Shown here: positions 36,094-49,772 of the stretch, in pieces | Layout: each line of letters opens with the position of its first letter | Position numbering within the stretch: position 1 is the first letter of the stretch | Assembly: GCA_013239625.1 (NCBI GenBank) | Contig: MU054323.1 | Coordinates: 3,088,161 to 3,152,160, forward strand | Source of the DNA: Lama guanicoe | Lineage: Eukaryota | Direction: 5' to 3' | DNA length: 64,000 nucleotides | Notes under the pieces: model-generated | Databases searched by the model: none | What the model was told of the DNA's origin: nothing | What the model saw: the letters and a program-made list of their open reading frames with translations, nothing else | Program-made: the position numbers and the translations under genes

Positions 36094-38361
36094 AAGATTT
36101 TTCTTCTTTAAACCAAGCCCCAATTCAACCTCCAAATCTCAGACTCCCCAGTAGAAAGAAGCCTGGACTGAGAGCAGGAGACGGGAGGGTGGAGCATCCT
36201 GGGACTGCTTCCCTTGACGATGCTGAGCCAGTCCCTCCTCCCCTCGGGCTTCAGTTTGCCCTTCCCGATGCCCCAGCACACAAATGCCAGAATTTCCTAT
36301 GCCATCTGACCCACTATAAACACAAAAGATGGGGCCCCCTCCCCCAACCCAAATCCTCATGACATTAAATTCTCCAGCGTTCACACCAAGGCTGCATTCT
36401 GCTCCCAGGCTAGACCTGAATGGTGGGAAGAGACATTCTTGGCCCTTGGGGACACAGAGTCCAAGGCTGTTTCTGTTTTGAAAATGAACCATATGACTCT
36501 TTCAGATTTGGGGGCTGAAGAGCAAAGAGAAAGGGGATATAAGAGAAGCTTCAGGGCTGATTGCCAAAAATGTTTCCCACCCTTCTATTTCTTTAACTGG
36601 GAGAATCTCAAAGGAGAGCTGGCCACATGGTCTTGATTTATTACAACTTCACTCATCAGGCTGGTATCCTTGCAGGCGTTCTGGACGGCCAACAGGCCAG
36701 AGCCTTGTCAAAGCCCCTTCCCCTCAGTCCCAGGGCTGGCTGGTGGCCAGGAGAGAGGCCCCAAAGCAGGAGCCCTGTGCAGCCTCCCAGGAACCTACTC
36801 CTGCTAGAAAACATCCCCCCATTGAGCCAGAAGAAAGCTCTGCAGAGGACCACAGAGATGTGGGGACAAACGGCTCGGGAAGCCAAAGTCTGAATGGAAG
36901 CCTTGGGACTGGGCATGGTGTGATGGGACATGCATCAGTGGGTATGGATGATAACATGGACAGCATCACACACAACCAGCCCCCCATGGGCACCTCCCCT
37001 CACACCAGTTCACACTCACATACGTGGACAACAGTCCTTTCCTGCAGAAGGGACACACCCAACGAGCTCAGTCTTTACCTGCAGCTGGGTGCCACTGGCT
37101 CCCAAGCTACCTGTGAATTGGATGTTGAACCTTGGCGTGGACTCTCTCACACACACACACATTCCTGAGAAACCATCACCATGAAAAGCCATTTTAGTTA
37201 TGCCAAGAGTTCATGTTCCTCTTCTCACTCCCCAAGAGCTGGATGAAGAGTTAAAGTAAGTGCTTCTGCTCCCCACAACTGCCTGCAGGAGAGGGTCTGT
37301 GCTGTGATGGAGTCTTGCAACCAGAACCTATGTCCGAGGTGTGTGTCTGCAACAACAAACACGTGCCCATTAGACCCCAAAGCCCTCAGACACAGAGGAG
37401 GAAATGTCCCCACTGGAGCTGGCTATTAGAGGTCAGGGAAGAACTCTGGGAAATAAAAGAAGGGGGACCAAACAGCTCATGTGGGCTCCTCTCTCACCTT
37501 GTGGCTTTTTCCAAGCATTATCGTAGAGCAGCAAAGGCATAAACTCAGCCACAGTCTAGTGCCAAGATGCATTTTCCCACCAATGGGTCCTCACAAGAAT
37601 GTTCTTTTCCCAGAGCCAGTCAGGGGCCCGTGTCTTGGCTTCTGAGCAGAGCCCAGTCTGAGCATGTCTTCTGTCCTAGCCTGGAGTCCTTGTACCCCAG
37701 ATGCCCAGCCTTCACACGTTTCTATTCATAGGCTGCAGATTAGCTCAGTGTATCCATCCTGGGGTCCAGCCTGGCTGGCAGAGGACTCCTGGACCTCCCT
37801 GGGGCTTAGTCTGTAATCAACACTGCAACCAGGAGACCAACCATGGGCACAAAGGATGAGCCAGCCTGGGTATTCCCCAGGGACGAGGTCCCCTACCCCC
37901 CACCCAGCTTAGGGAGGAGACACATTTTATGATTGGGAAACACATCAGTGGTGACAGAGGAAAGGGTCAAACTCAGCAACTGGCTGTTCCTCAGACCAGG
38001 AAGTTCTAGAACATGCTGCTTCCCTAAACACCTCCCAGCCACACTCACTTTTGGGAAAACTCCAGGGTGGTGGCATTCATGGATGATGGCTCTGGAAGGG
38101 GATATGGAACAACACCTCATTTTCCAAATGGAAAACTGAGGCCCAGAGGAGAAGACAGGCCTGTCCAAAGTAGTGCAGAGCCGGACCATGAAACCAGGCT
38201 GGTCCAGCAACAAGAGCATAGACTTTGGAGACATGTGGTCCTGAGTTCAACCCAAACCCCACTGTGTCCAAGGGTCAACAGCTTAGCTACAACTCACCAG
38301 CCAGGAAAGCCCAAGCTAAAACACTCAGCCTTCCTCCCCAACCCAGAAATTGGAAACTCAC

Positions 38362-38450
38362 TTGCCACGTGAGCCTAGCAAAGCAAGATCTACCGCACTG
38401 ACCCAGTGAGGGAAGTAGGCCGCCCAATGCGGGGCTACCTGTGATTGGCG
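38362..38450 (-). promoter_or_regulatory. Candidate promoter plus short first exon
   Basis: Opposed CCAAT boxes (38424-38428 and ATTGG 38444-38448), ETS-like GGAAGT, E-box CACGTG, donor CAA|gtgagt at 38362. Confidence 0.4.
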
Positions 38451-39940
38451 CCTGCAGTGAAGCGTTCCAGGCTGAGCCTCCCAGGACACACACATCTCCG
38501 TCTGCTCAGTCTCCACACCATTAACAAGCAGAGATTTCCCTAGGCTGGTCCTCACCAGGCTAAATGGGGAGGAAGAAGTCTGCTTTCCTGGGACAAAGAA
38601 AGTCCCTTTGTCCGGGAACTTGTCGTTGCCAAAGTGGGCCATCGCTCTTCTCTGGATCCTAGACCTCTGTGCCAGGAGTGCTGACAGAGAAGGGGCCCTG
38701 GGGTCCAGTACAGTCTGAGTTCAGGAGTGGAGGCAGCCCAGTGGTCAACAAAGAGTGCTTCGAGCCACAGAGAGAAAGAGGAAACTCTCATGAAGACACA
38801 GGCTTCCTTTTCTCTGCCTAAATTCTTGGGTCTTGTGGAAGCTCCGTAGCCATTTTGGCTTTATTTTGTTTTATCAAGGTAGGGATGCGGTAACAATCAG
38901 AATGTCGTATATTGTCATGACGTACAGGTGACTCACCCTAGTTTTCAGACTATGCTTGATGGAGCCCTGTGGGTCGCAGAGTCCTTTAAAGGGTGCTGGG
39001 GAGGGGGCTGTAGGGCAAAGTAGGGCCCTGCCACACGGCCCCCAAAAGAGCAATTCTGAGTCTGTCTTTTCTATATGTGGGGCTTTTTGTCTGATGAAAG
39101 GGTCTAATGGATTTTTTTCATATATACCTTTTGCTTTTTAGAAGAGAGAATGAAACCAAGGCCCAAGAAGAGCAGGGAACTGGCAAAGTCCCACTGAATG
39201 GGATGTGATGATCTCCTGACTGTCCAGCCAGAGTGCTTCTCATCAACTCACCCAAGCTTCAGCCTTCCTTCGGGGTACAAGGTGCAAAAGGAATACTGAA
39301 AGTGAGAGGTGAGGGGCATTACTCCCTAACTGTGAATCATAAGAAGTGCAAATTACATGGGTTTTTTCCCCCACGGGCAGAACATTTGGGCTTAACCTTG
39401 AGACCTCTGCAGGTACCTATGCTAGACTGTTATCAGGACAGATTGATGGTCTCCAAGTCATCGCGCCCAGTTCCAGGGCCCACCGCAAAGCCCTGCTAAT
39501 GCTTCACTTCCCCGAGCCCGTCTGTGAATTTGAGCATAGAATTGATCCTAAGGGAGCTACCTGGCTCAGGTATGGAATCTTTCAAGGCCCCAGGCCAGAA
39601 GGCCCCAGGCAGGGCCTGGCGGGGCTGAGTCAGTGTCAGGAGGAGACATGGTGTCAGCGTCTAGCTAATGCGCAAATAGATCATGAATAATTTGCTGGAA
39701 GCAGCTGAAGGCCATACGCATTCTACAGCCATCAAATGTAGACTGTACATTGTTTTTAAACTTATTCCATTTTCTCCTTTGCCAAAAGAGGGGCGGGGGG
39801 GAGACACAAGTTTTGGGCCATGAGATCAACCCACTTCATTTGCTCTATGGCCCTGGGTTTCTCCGGGCCTGGGCTTTTATTGGTGTTTTGTCTGCGATGG
39901 GCTTTGGCCATGTAAACGTGAACAAAATGAGGTAACTCAC

Positions 39941-40045
39941 ACTTAAATCTTCTGGTTATATTGTGGCTGATGGCTAATGCCTCCGAGTGTCGGCGGAGAT
40001 AGGCCGGCAAGCACCCCAATCATGTGGCCGTCAGGCGGGGCGCCA
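39941..40045 (-). promoter_or_regulatory. Candidate promoter plus short first exon
   Basis: GC box AGGCGGGGC (40033-40041), CATGTG, CCAAT (40016-40020), local CpG enrichment, donor AGT|gtgagt at 39941. Confidence 0.38.
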
Positions 40046-40049
40046 GCGT

Positions 40050-40084
40050 GTTCAAAAGAGCGGTTAGGGGTTCAAAAGAGCGGT
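40050..40084 (+). repeat. Short tandem duplication (period 20)
   Basis: GTTCAAAAGAGCGGT at 40050-40064 and 40070-40084. Confidence 0.9.
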
Positions 40085-40386
40085 CTGGCGGTGGGGTGGG
40101 GTGAGGCTCGGGAAAGCAGGACAGGATCACCTGAGCTATAGGCTGCGGGGTCTGCTTCACAAAATCGGGCACTGAGAGTCAGTCTCCTGAGCTATGGTGG
40201 GGCCCCCATTCTGAGTGTAGCACAGGGGGAATTCACTGCCTGAGGACTTCCTGCCCCCAAGTGGACCACACAGTCCTGGGCAAGGAGAAATGGCCAAAAG
40301 GAGACAACAGCCTGCTTTTCTATAGCCATTCCTTGCACCTCAAGGGAAGGAAGAGAGAAGAGGAGGAGGGGGCCAGGCATGGCAGG

Positions 40387-40503
40387 NNNNNNNNNNNNNN
40401 NNNNNNNNNNNNNNNNNNNNNNNNNNNNNNNNNNNNNNNNNNNNNNNNNNNNNNNNNNNNNNNNNNNNNNNNNNNNNNNNNNNNNNNNNNNNNNNNNNNN
40501 NNN
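40387..40503. other. Assembly gap
   Basis: Run of 117 N. Confidence 0.99.
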
Positions 40504-40949
40504 AGACACACATGAGGAGAGGGACTGGACATCCCACAGCCATGAGGCTGGGGACTGAGCCCAATTTGATTTAGAAAAATAAATGTGACATTTCTTACAC
40601 CCAAATGATGTGGATCAAATTCACACTGGTTACACTTAAGTTTATCAAACTTACAGTTTGCCAGCCATCCACATCCACAGATACTAAGCACTCATTTTTT
40701 TTTTATCAGCTCTTCTGCTATGACCCAGGACAGCCTGGCTTGCTGACACTCCAGACCCCATGACAGGGTATGAGCTGAGCCTTTCTGCCTTGAGGGAAAC
40801 TTGGGACTTGGCGGAGGGCTTTGCATTTAGAAAGCAAATGATAAACACCTGAAATGCTCCCACGTGAAGAGCAAGAGAACTCTCTCCAGATGAGGAGAGG
40901 TGCACGTGGCTTCTTCTTTCCTTCCTTGTGTTCATTTACCCATCCAACC

Positions 40950-41375
40950 AAAGTTTCTGGGGCCACCTCAGTAGACATATCAGTGCCCACCAAGATCTGT
41001 TTCTTTTCTTCTTCCTAGAAGTAGAAGACCCCACGTTCCAGCCCGCTTGCAGTTAGATGGGGCCCCACAACTAATTCTGGCCGATGGGCCTTGAATGAAC
41101 GTGATGAGCATCATTTCCAAGCTGAAGCATAAAGAGCAGTTGGGGACCCACCTTCATCCCCTCCTCCTACCACAACATCAAGAGAGGCTGCATGCTCCAG
41201 ATGGTAAAGATACAAGTGAAGGAGCCTCTGTCAGCTTAGGGCCTTGAGTGACTGCAGAGTTTCTGCCCCCTGACCTGTGATGGACAGGCAGCATGAACAA
41301 GACATGAAACACTGTATTAAACCATTAGGATTTCCAGGTCAATCTGCTACCTAACCTAGCTGATCCTGATTACAA
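40950..41375 (+). mobile_element. MLT1 (MaLR) LTR, MLT1I/J-like
   Basis: CAGCCCGCTTGCAGTTAGATGGGGCC...TAATTCTGGCCGATGGG...ACCTAGCTGATCCTGATTACA. Confidence 0.7.
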
Positions 41376-44300
41376 TAATGGCCAACCCCATAAAACCTGC
41401 CCCCAAAACAGGAGTTTGGAGGGGAGGTTCAGAAATCAGCAGAAGGTAGAGAGAATGGAGAGCATCAGGAGAAACCACAGAAAGCAGGGCCTAGGGGCTG
41501 CCAGGAGGAACTCTGCTAAGCTCATGGTCCCTGGAGGTCAATCCCACCCCGTTCCATCCCAGCCAGAGCCACATCCCACCATCCAAAATGCCCACATCCC
41601 CAGCCCTCCAGAGTCACCCATCTAAGCTGCATGAGGGCTGGAAGGGACTACCTGGGGTTGGGAACAGGACCAGGGGGCCCAGAGCAGACTGAAAATATGA
41701 GTCCTCTTATTCAAAACTTCAGAAAAGTTTCAAGATGATACTGTGAGGTCCTTCTAAGCACGGACACTCATGAAGTGGGGAGACAACAAGACAGAGGCAC
41801 AGGCAGGAGGGAGAGCCTCACATGGGGTCTCCGTGCCACTGAGGCTGAGTCACAGCCAGGAAACACCCCCAGGAAAAGCAGTAGCTCCTGGAAAAGCTCA
41901 ATGGGCCATACAGCCAGTGAGTGGCACACGTGTAACCCCTGAAGCCAGGCCTCCCCCTGCACCCCAGTGGCAGATGAGATGCCGCTGGAGCTGAAGCCAT
42001 GAGCTCAGCCCTGCGGCGGCCCAGGAAGTGCAGGCATGAGGTTCAGATCCACCACCTCCCAGGGGCTGCCGCCATCAACAGAGTAAGGGAGGAATGAGTC
42101 ATTCTCACATACCCACCCCGGGAGAGAGGCCTCAAGGGCTGAGCTCCCTAGCAACCCCTGGCCAGCAGCAGGCGGCCTCAGGGGAGGCACCAGGACATCT
42201 CAGCAGCACCTGGCTCAATGCCAGGGGTAGGAGGAAGGGAAGTCACAGGCTGGGAAGGCAACCAACGGCTCAGGCATCCTACACAGACAGGAGGACCAAG
42301 TCCCCACAAGTTCCAGGGACATCCCTGCCTCCTCTTCTCTTTGGTCCAAAGATGCAAACTGAGGTGGGGGTAAGAGGTCTGGTCTCAACTCCACCACTGA
42401 CCTACTACGTGACTCTCAGCAAGGCTCCCCTGTCTCTCCAAGCCTGTTTCTTCCACAGTAAAATCCAAATCTGGGTTGTATGATCTCAGAGGCACTGCTG
42501 TCTCCAAAATCATGATTGTTCCTGAGAGGACTCATACTCGAGCAGGACAAGTCACGTCAGCTTTGGGGACTGAGTTCCAAGTCCTCCTGAGAACAGACAG
42601 GGAGACGGGGCTGCATGACTTTACTTCCTTACTAGCTTTTCTGGAGCCAAACTCCCGGTGGGGGCCTGGGGCCCCTCTGCCCAGCCACAGGTTGTGTGGC
42701 GCGATCTCACACCGTGGGGGCCGCCCTGGGCCGGGGCTTTGCCGTGCAACCAGCCAGAAGCCGCTGTCCAGCTGGCAACGTGTGGGACCTCGGACAAAGG
42801 CCATGTAAATCACCCATAAAATCACTCTCTTGCTCCCCACCCAGCTCTAATGGACCCCACAGAATAATTTATGAAGCCCAAGTGGGGAAGACTTCATCCC
42901 CCACCCAGGGCCATAAAGCAGTTTCCCCAACCGGCCCACCGGCCCCAGGCTGGAGCAGAAGACCTTCCCTCACGCATATGCTTCTGGCCCCAACACAGGG
43001 GGACTGGCTGACTCCCGTGAAGGCCTGGGTGTCACGGCCTCGGAATAAGGACTTGGGCAAAAGCACAGGGTTTCCAGAGCTGTTTATCACCATCACTGGC
43101 CCTGGGATCTAGAGCAGAGACTGACACACTCACGGAGCATTTTGTAAATGTTTTCCAGATATCTAGTCTCTTATTAAAATCAAATTGATGCCTCTACAGG
43201 GTTAAAAAGTCAAACTGCACACAGAGTTATGCAATGAAAAGAAACACCCCCACCCCATCTAACACTGTAATAATGTAATAAGCATCTCATGAGTAGAGTC
43301 TAGTTCCCTCTACAGATACGGAAACTGCAGGAAGAGAGAACAAGCAGCTTGTCCAAGGTCACTCGGCTGGTCTGTAAGGAAGCCCGGGCCCGCTGACCTC
43401 ACCTGAGGTGATGGGGCCCTCGGGGTGGCATTTGCCACACATCCTAGAACTGGGAGGCTGGCAGCGCCTCCTCACCATTCCTGAGCCCCACACAAAGCTT
43501 GATGCACGGCCCACCCTAAAGAAAGATGAGGAAAGAGGATGGCCCCTCCCGTGCCCATGGAAGGCCTGGCGTCGGGCATCTCGTCCACCAACAGGCCCCT
43601 CTGCCATCAGCTCGTCGGCCCCAGCTCCTCCTAGAGCTGGCTTCGTCCTGCCTCCATGCACGGCTCACACTGAGAGGGTCTGAGCGAGAGTTGGTGGGAC
43701 ATGGGGGGGGGCAGGGAGAGAAAATTTCTGTCCAGCTCCTGGGGGACGGGGGTCCTAACAAGCAGAGTCAACTCAAGGAAAGGGCAGGACACGGATTGGT
43801 GACTCAAATAAAGAGTAGAGAAGTGAGTACCTCATTCGGGGACAAGCTAGCCCCAGGGGAAAGGTCCAGTAGGGCAGGAGGAAGGAGGCTGGAGATCACC
43901 AGGGCCAGACCCCAATCTGGACATGCAGGGGCTCTCCCAGCAGGGCAGGATGGTAGTGTCTGGGGGGCTCACATTCTGAGAGAAACCCGCACCATCTGGG
44001 CCCGGCTCACCTAGAGCTGTGTGATCTGGGACAGGTCCCGGAATGATCTGAACCCCTCAAAGCACCCATAAGTCTAGGAAACTGAATGTTAGGAGAGCCC
44101 AGGATAGAACCTTTCATATCCTTAAACAGAATCACAGAGAGGAGGAGAAACGCTACCTATGATCATACCCTTCTCCCCACCCCAGGGCAGGGGTCCTCCC
44201 CGCAATCTCCCTGACCAGCAGTCATCCTCACTCACCTTAAATTCTCCCTCCAAGGGCATTTATGCCCCTAGAAATCTACTCATTCCTTGGTTGAAATTTG

Positions 44301-44449
44301 TAATTTTTGAAAGTTTTTTTATTAGACTAAAATCCACTCTTTTGCAATTTCTGCTAACTGGCTCATGTCTAATCTCTCAAAGCAGATTTTTGCAACACTT
44401 TTTCCCGCCATAACATGTAATGGATGACCCCCAGTGCCCACACATGGGC

Positions 44450-44830
44450 ATTGGTTCATACAACATATTTTATTGACTATCTACTATTGGTTCATACAAC
44501 ATATTTTATTGAGTATCTACTAGGTGCCAAGCACTAAAGCAGAACAGAGCATGAAAGAGACAAAAACCCCTGCCTTGTAGGCCCTATATTTATTATTGCT
44601 TATATTATAATAATAAATAAAATACACAATATGTCAAATGGAGATACGTAGAAAAATAAAGCAGGGAAGGGGTTTAGAACTCAGGGTATATTTTTAAATA
44701 GAGTGGTCAGGAAGGCTGCATTGAGTAAGGACCTAAAAGAGGGGAGGGAGCAAGCAAGTCACACAGAGGGAGCGGTAGGTGCAAAGGCCCTGAGGCAGCA
44801 AAGGCCAGAGCACAGATGGGCTTCAGGACA
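44450..44830 (-). mobile_element. LINE-2 3' end with a 36-bp tandem duplication at its terminus
   Basis: TTCATACAACATATTTTATTGAGTATCTACTAGGTGCCAAGCACT...GACAAAAACCCCTGCCTT; units 44450-44485 and 44486-44521 differ at one base. Confidence 0.7.
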
Positions 44831-47800
44831 GGCATGAGAGTCTGGGAGAAACTCCACCCTGAGCTCTCCATTCAACAAGGAACTGGAAACACAAGGGAAC
44901 GAGAAGGATGTCACAGAGATGAACCTTGAATCTGCTTTCATTTCTTTTAGGATGTACGTTAGTTCTTTACTATTATGCTGGCAACACACCTCACATAGAA
45001 GATGACGCCCCAAAGCGTCGCCACCCCATGCTGAGAACACTCTCCTAGCGACAAACACAACCAACCCAGCGCTCTCCTTGGAGAAGAGGAGGGAGCGTTC
45101 CCATCCCTCACTGTCCTGTCCCCCTCCTGGACCCCCTCCAGCCTGTCTAGGCCAATCAATCAGTCTCCATCCTTTTTTAAACCACGATGTGCAGCTCGCA
45201 ACACAAAAGATGGAGAAAAGGCACGCTGCATATCCGTTCACACACAACTCAGGTTGCTGTAACCCAGACGCCTGACCTCCATGTTGGGGAGTCCGCGCAC
45301 GGGCCCGCCCTCCTCCCCTTGCATCCATGTCACCTCCAATACCAGAAACATGTATCATTCGGATCCTTTCCTTTTTTTAAGATGTTCCCAGGGAAATCTG
45401 TATTTAATTTATGGGCAATTTATAATGGAAATAGACCATATAAAATGTATACAAATGTGTAGGGCTGTATATAGGGCTTGGAAGGAGACAGTGGAGCTTA
45501 GCAATAATTAACATGAAGGGTCTCTTCCCTGCTGCCAGGTAGACGTTTGGATTGCCCGTACTTTCATTAAACTTAAACCAGAAAGGGCTCAGGGGCCGAG
45601 GTCCAAACATTCCTCAACTCTGCAGAGGATGTCAGGACACAGAGCCGATGACAATACATTTCACCAGGATGGCCAAAGCCTTGTTTAAGTTTAGAAGATG
45701 CCTGTATTGCATTACTTGGACAGAGGGAGCCAGCCCGTGCACCACAATCAATTTTCTGGAGAAACAAAACCACTTCCAACCAGACCAACCCCAAACCAAC
45801 GTGACGCCGCAGGGTTTGCAAAGCGGTCAGCAGACATGCGGGACACCTGTCTGTCCCCGCCCCGGGCTCCCCGGCTTCCAAAGGCAGGATGGCTTCTGCT
45901 CCCAGCCCAGGGCCGCCCGGCGCGCGTCGGAGAAGAGTTACAGAGAAACTCAGAGTTGCCAAAAGCTATTTCCAGGGGACTTTGATCAACTGATGCTGTA
46001 ATCTCTGAAGGGAAGCATACTTCATTTAGAAGGTATTCTTTGGTGTCATTCCCAAGGAGAAGGCATACTTGTTTTTGGAAGAACAGAGCCCCCCCCCCTC
46101 TCTTTCTTGTTCTCTCACTCACTCTCCCTCTCTCTCCCAGCCATGAGTACTCTAATTACGACGGTGCACAAACAACCTTGCTGAACACAGGGAGAGATCA
46201 TAGAACATGCTGTCGGCCAGAAAAGAGTGTTTTCAACAATGCCCAATTAGGAGCCAAAATCCTAGATGGCAGCAATACCATAGCCCAAGGGCCAAATCCC
46301 AGGCTCCAACCTCCCTCTCCAGGCTCCCCTAGCCTCTCCCTTCTGAGGATTCCTCATCTCTGACCCCATTCAGGGGGAGACCCCATTGTAAAAGAGGTGG
46401 GTCCCCCTAAAACGCATATGGGTCCCTCGAATCCTCTGAATGCCATGGTAAAGGGTGGTACATTTAAATAAGTTTTTCCTGGCATATTCTGACATGGCTT
46501 AGATCAACTACCTCATTTTTCAACAATGAAAAGATTAAACAGTTGTTAAGAGTTATAAAATGATTTAATATGCTATTAAGCAGAGATGTAAACTATCAAA
46601 GTTTAAGTTTCCAGAGAGAGACTTAAATATCAATTAGATGTGAATCCAATTTGTATGCAGCTCCCCCCACACCCCCTCCCAAAAGCCCACACCAGGGGCA
46701 GCTCCCCGACGCCTGCACCACTGCCGTGGGGACACACAGCCCCTCTGAATACGGCTTTGGAAATCAAGTTCCCATGCGCTGGTTTCATGAAAATCTGTCG
46801 CAGCTGGGGAAACCAGGCTCAGGCTGTTCATGACACGTTTTTCCTTGAAATGGAGAACAAAATCAAATTTTGGAGAAATTTCGGGGATACGTATCCATGC
46901 TGAATGATGGGAAAGGACTGTTAAGTACTTTATTTGAAACCAGAGTCGGGAACTCTAACTTCTGAACTCTCACTGGTTCAGGGCTGGCAACTTTTCAAAG
47001 GGTTTTTCCCCCCCCAAAATTACCTTGTAAGGCAAAATGTAAAAACAAAATTCTTCTCTTCATCTGTTTCCTCTCCTGGCATTAACTTTGAAAAATACAG
47101 TCTCTTCCGTCTCCCTTTACTCCCCCGGACAACTCAGCCTGAAAACCTGCAGCCCCTCATACTGACATCCTCTCGATGCGCAGATCACCCGGTTAACGTA
47201 ATCAGTCACACGCGCCAACCCCGCATCCTGCCTCAGTTCACCTCGGGGCCCTGGACAGGTTCAGACACTACAAGCCCATCAGGAGGATGACTCAATAACC
47301 CGTTTTGTCAATTCCAACCGCAAGATGGAAGGGAAGGAGGACCCCGCCGCGTGAAGAGTTCTGGGTCAGTTTTCATAGAACACAGATGTGCCCCCACCTC
47401 CCTACTGTCTCTCTCCCTGTTCCTCCAACTAGAGGAAATCATATCAGAACAGCACCAGGAAAGCACGCTCCGCGACACTGCCCCGTGGTCCAGCAGGGAT
47501 CCCCTGTCCTCGCCAGACCCAAAGGCACCCATCTCCCTCCATCAGACCCCAGTACGTCTTTAAAGATGAAGAAATCTGGGGCTGGGAAGCAGCTTGACCC
47601 TGCTCTTGACAAGAATCTGGGGGAATCCGCTGAAAGAACATTTGGGAAAACGTTTTGCAGGGTGACTATCTCCTGACCCCAAACTACTGCTGCCCAGTGT
47701 CCAGGAAACCAGACAGTCCTTATCAGGGCAAAATTTTGATGGCAATTATTAAAAAATGCACATTCCATGCTTTTCAAGGAGAAGTCAGACTCCCCAAATT

Positions 47801-49562
47801 AACAATAAATCAAAACTGCCCAAACATGGACAGATGTCTTCAGACACAGCCCTGTTTCTCCTGCTAGTTAAGCCCACTGTGCATTCTAGCACTGCCGGGA
47901 GGAGCGCGCCTCGCCGGGCCCTCGGCAGCGCTCAGCACAGCGGGTCCTTGCTGTCCGACGGAGTGGTTTTCAGAGTCCTGCTCACAGTTACTCATGAGAC
48001 AAATGAAGCAAGTTCCCTGTGACTTTGCCCTTTCTCCTCCATCAGAGCTGGCCATGCCTGTGTCTCAAGGAAGCCCCGAACATCTTAAGGGACAGACTTT
48101 CCACTCCTGCTGCATGTGCACATCTGCTTGTCAAAGCAACAACTCACCCCAGTCGCCAAGGGTGAGGCCCGCGGGGCAGGTGAGCAGCAGCCCGGTGACT
48201 TGGAAGTTTCTCTCTTCTTCCTCCTCCCACCAGTCTACTACAGATGAAGACATTCAGGGACCAATTCCTTCATGACTTGTTTGGTTTTCCGGTTGTGCTC
48301 TGGACAGCTTGTGACTGGCAGGAAGGGATCTCTGAAACCTCTCCTCATCTGCCCCAGCCAGCCGCACCTGCCGGGCCTCTGGCTCCAAAGGATGGGCGTG
48401 TGTCAGGGTGAGATGGGACACAGCTCTGGAAAGAACTCTTATCAATCTCCCGCAACCAGAGCACCGCTGCCAGAGGCCAAGGTGGGTTCTTGCCGTGAGA
48501 AGGTCTCCTCTCCCATTTCTGAAGCGTCGAGTGCCTACAGCAGAGAGATATCCTACCAAAAGCGGGGGCACGGGGGTGAGGACAGCTGCAAGCATGGACA
48601 GAAGCCATCCTCTGGAACAATGGGCTCTGTCCTCCCCAAAAGGGGCCTGCACACACCTCCACTGAGGAAGGTAGAATCTGCGTTCTGTGAAGTGAGAGCC
48701 GAAACTAAGTCAAAATGATCCGAATTACAATCTTGAGTGCTGCAATTTCTGCCATTTGAAAACCTTGAAAGGGTCTGAAAAGGGGATCTCAGCAGAGGCA
48801 GACATACAGCAGGCTCTGTACCTGGGGAGGGGCCCTGGCCGGGCATCCCCAGCCCCACCACCACCTGCCCAGTTGTGTTCCACCAGCAGAACGCACACAG
48901 CCCCGTCCAGAGCCTCGGGAGGGAAACTCGCAGGTACTGTGGGCTGCAGACGCCCGGGATCCCGAAAGAGCTGTTTCTAGAAGTGGCTCTGGCTTCCCTC
49001 CTTATGAAGGCTTCCAGCAAGGCTGAGCAATGTACAGGAATGACCTGAGCAAATGCAGATGGTTCATTTGGGGGCATCGTGTAAAAAGATGGGTTGGAAC
49101 TGATGTTCTGCTCAAAAATGAGGCTGTAAAAACTGCCCCGGAGGGTTTTTTTTTTCCAATAGCTGGTCTCACGGCAGGAGGAGACATGTCAGCACAGCTC
49201 ACCTTCCCAGCCCAGCCGCTGTGCGCACAGCAGCTTCCCGATAATCGGGGTGAAGGAAAAGAGGTGGGTGAAGGAGCTCCTAGCGCCTGAGAAACCCCAG
49301 AATCCATTGGCCTCTGGAAAGACCCACGGACCCCACTCAGCCCTAACACACGGCAGCTCCAGGAAGTACCTCCAGCTCCCCAGCAGACAGGGGAGCCCTC
49401 TCCTCCGCTCTTTACACGACATCACAAGACCCTCGGGTGACCTTTGAGGTCGGTGTTACGCACCCCAGGTTACCCATGAGGAGACTGAGGGGAGAGGAAA
49501 CAGTGGCAGGACGTGGGGGAGCAGGACCAGAGCCATTTCTCCCGCCTCAGCCTTGTTCTTTC

Positions 49563-49772
49563 TCACACTGACCTCACACGCATGTGCACACCCACGCTCA
49601 CACACACATTCACACACCCACTCACACCCACACACTCATACATACCTGCTCACACACCCACATTTTCACATACATACACACTCACCGTCTCCCACACTCA
49701 CACTCACTTATACACACATACTCAAAGTCACACGTTCTCACACAAACACACACACACACACCAGCACACGTG
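49563..49772. repeat. Degenerate (CA)n low-complexity tract
   Basis: About 200 bp of interrupted CACACA repeats. Confidence 0.9.
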
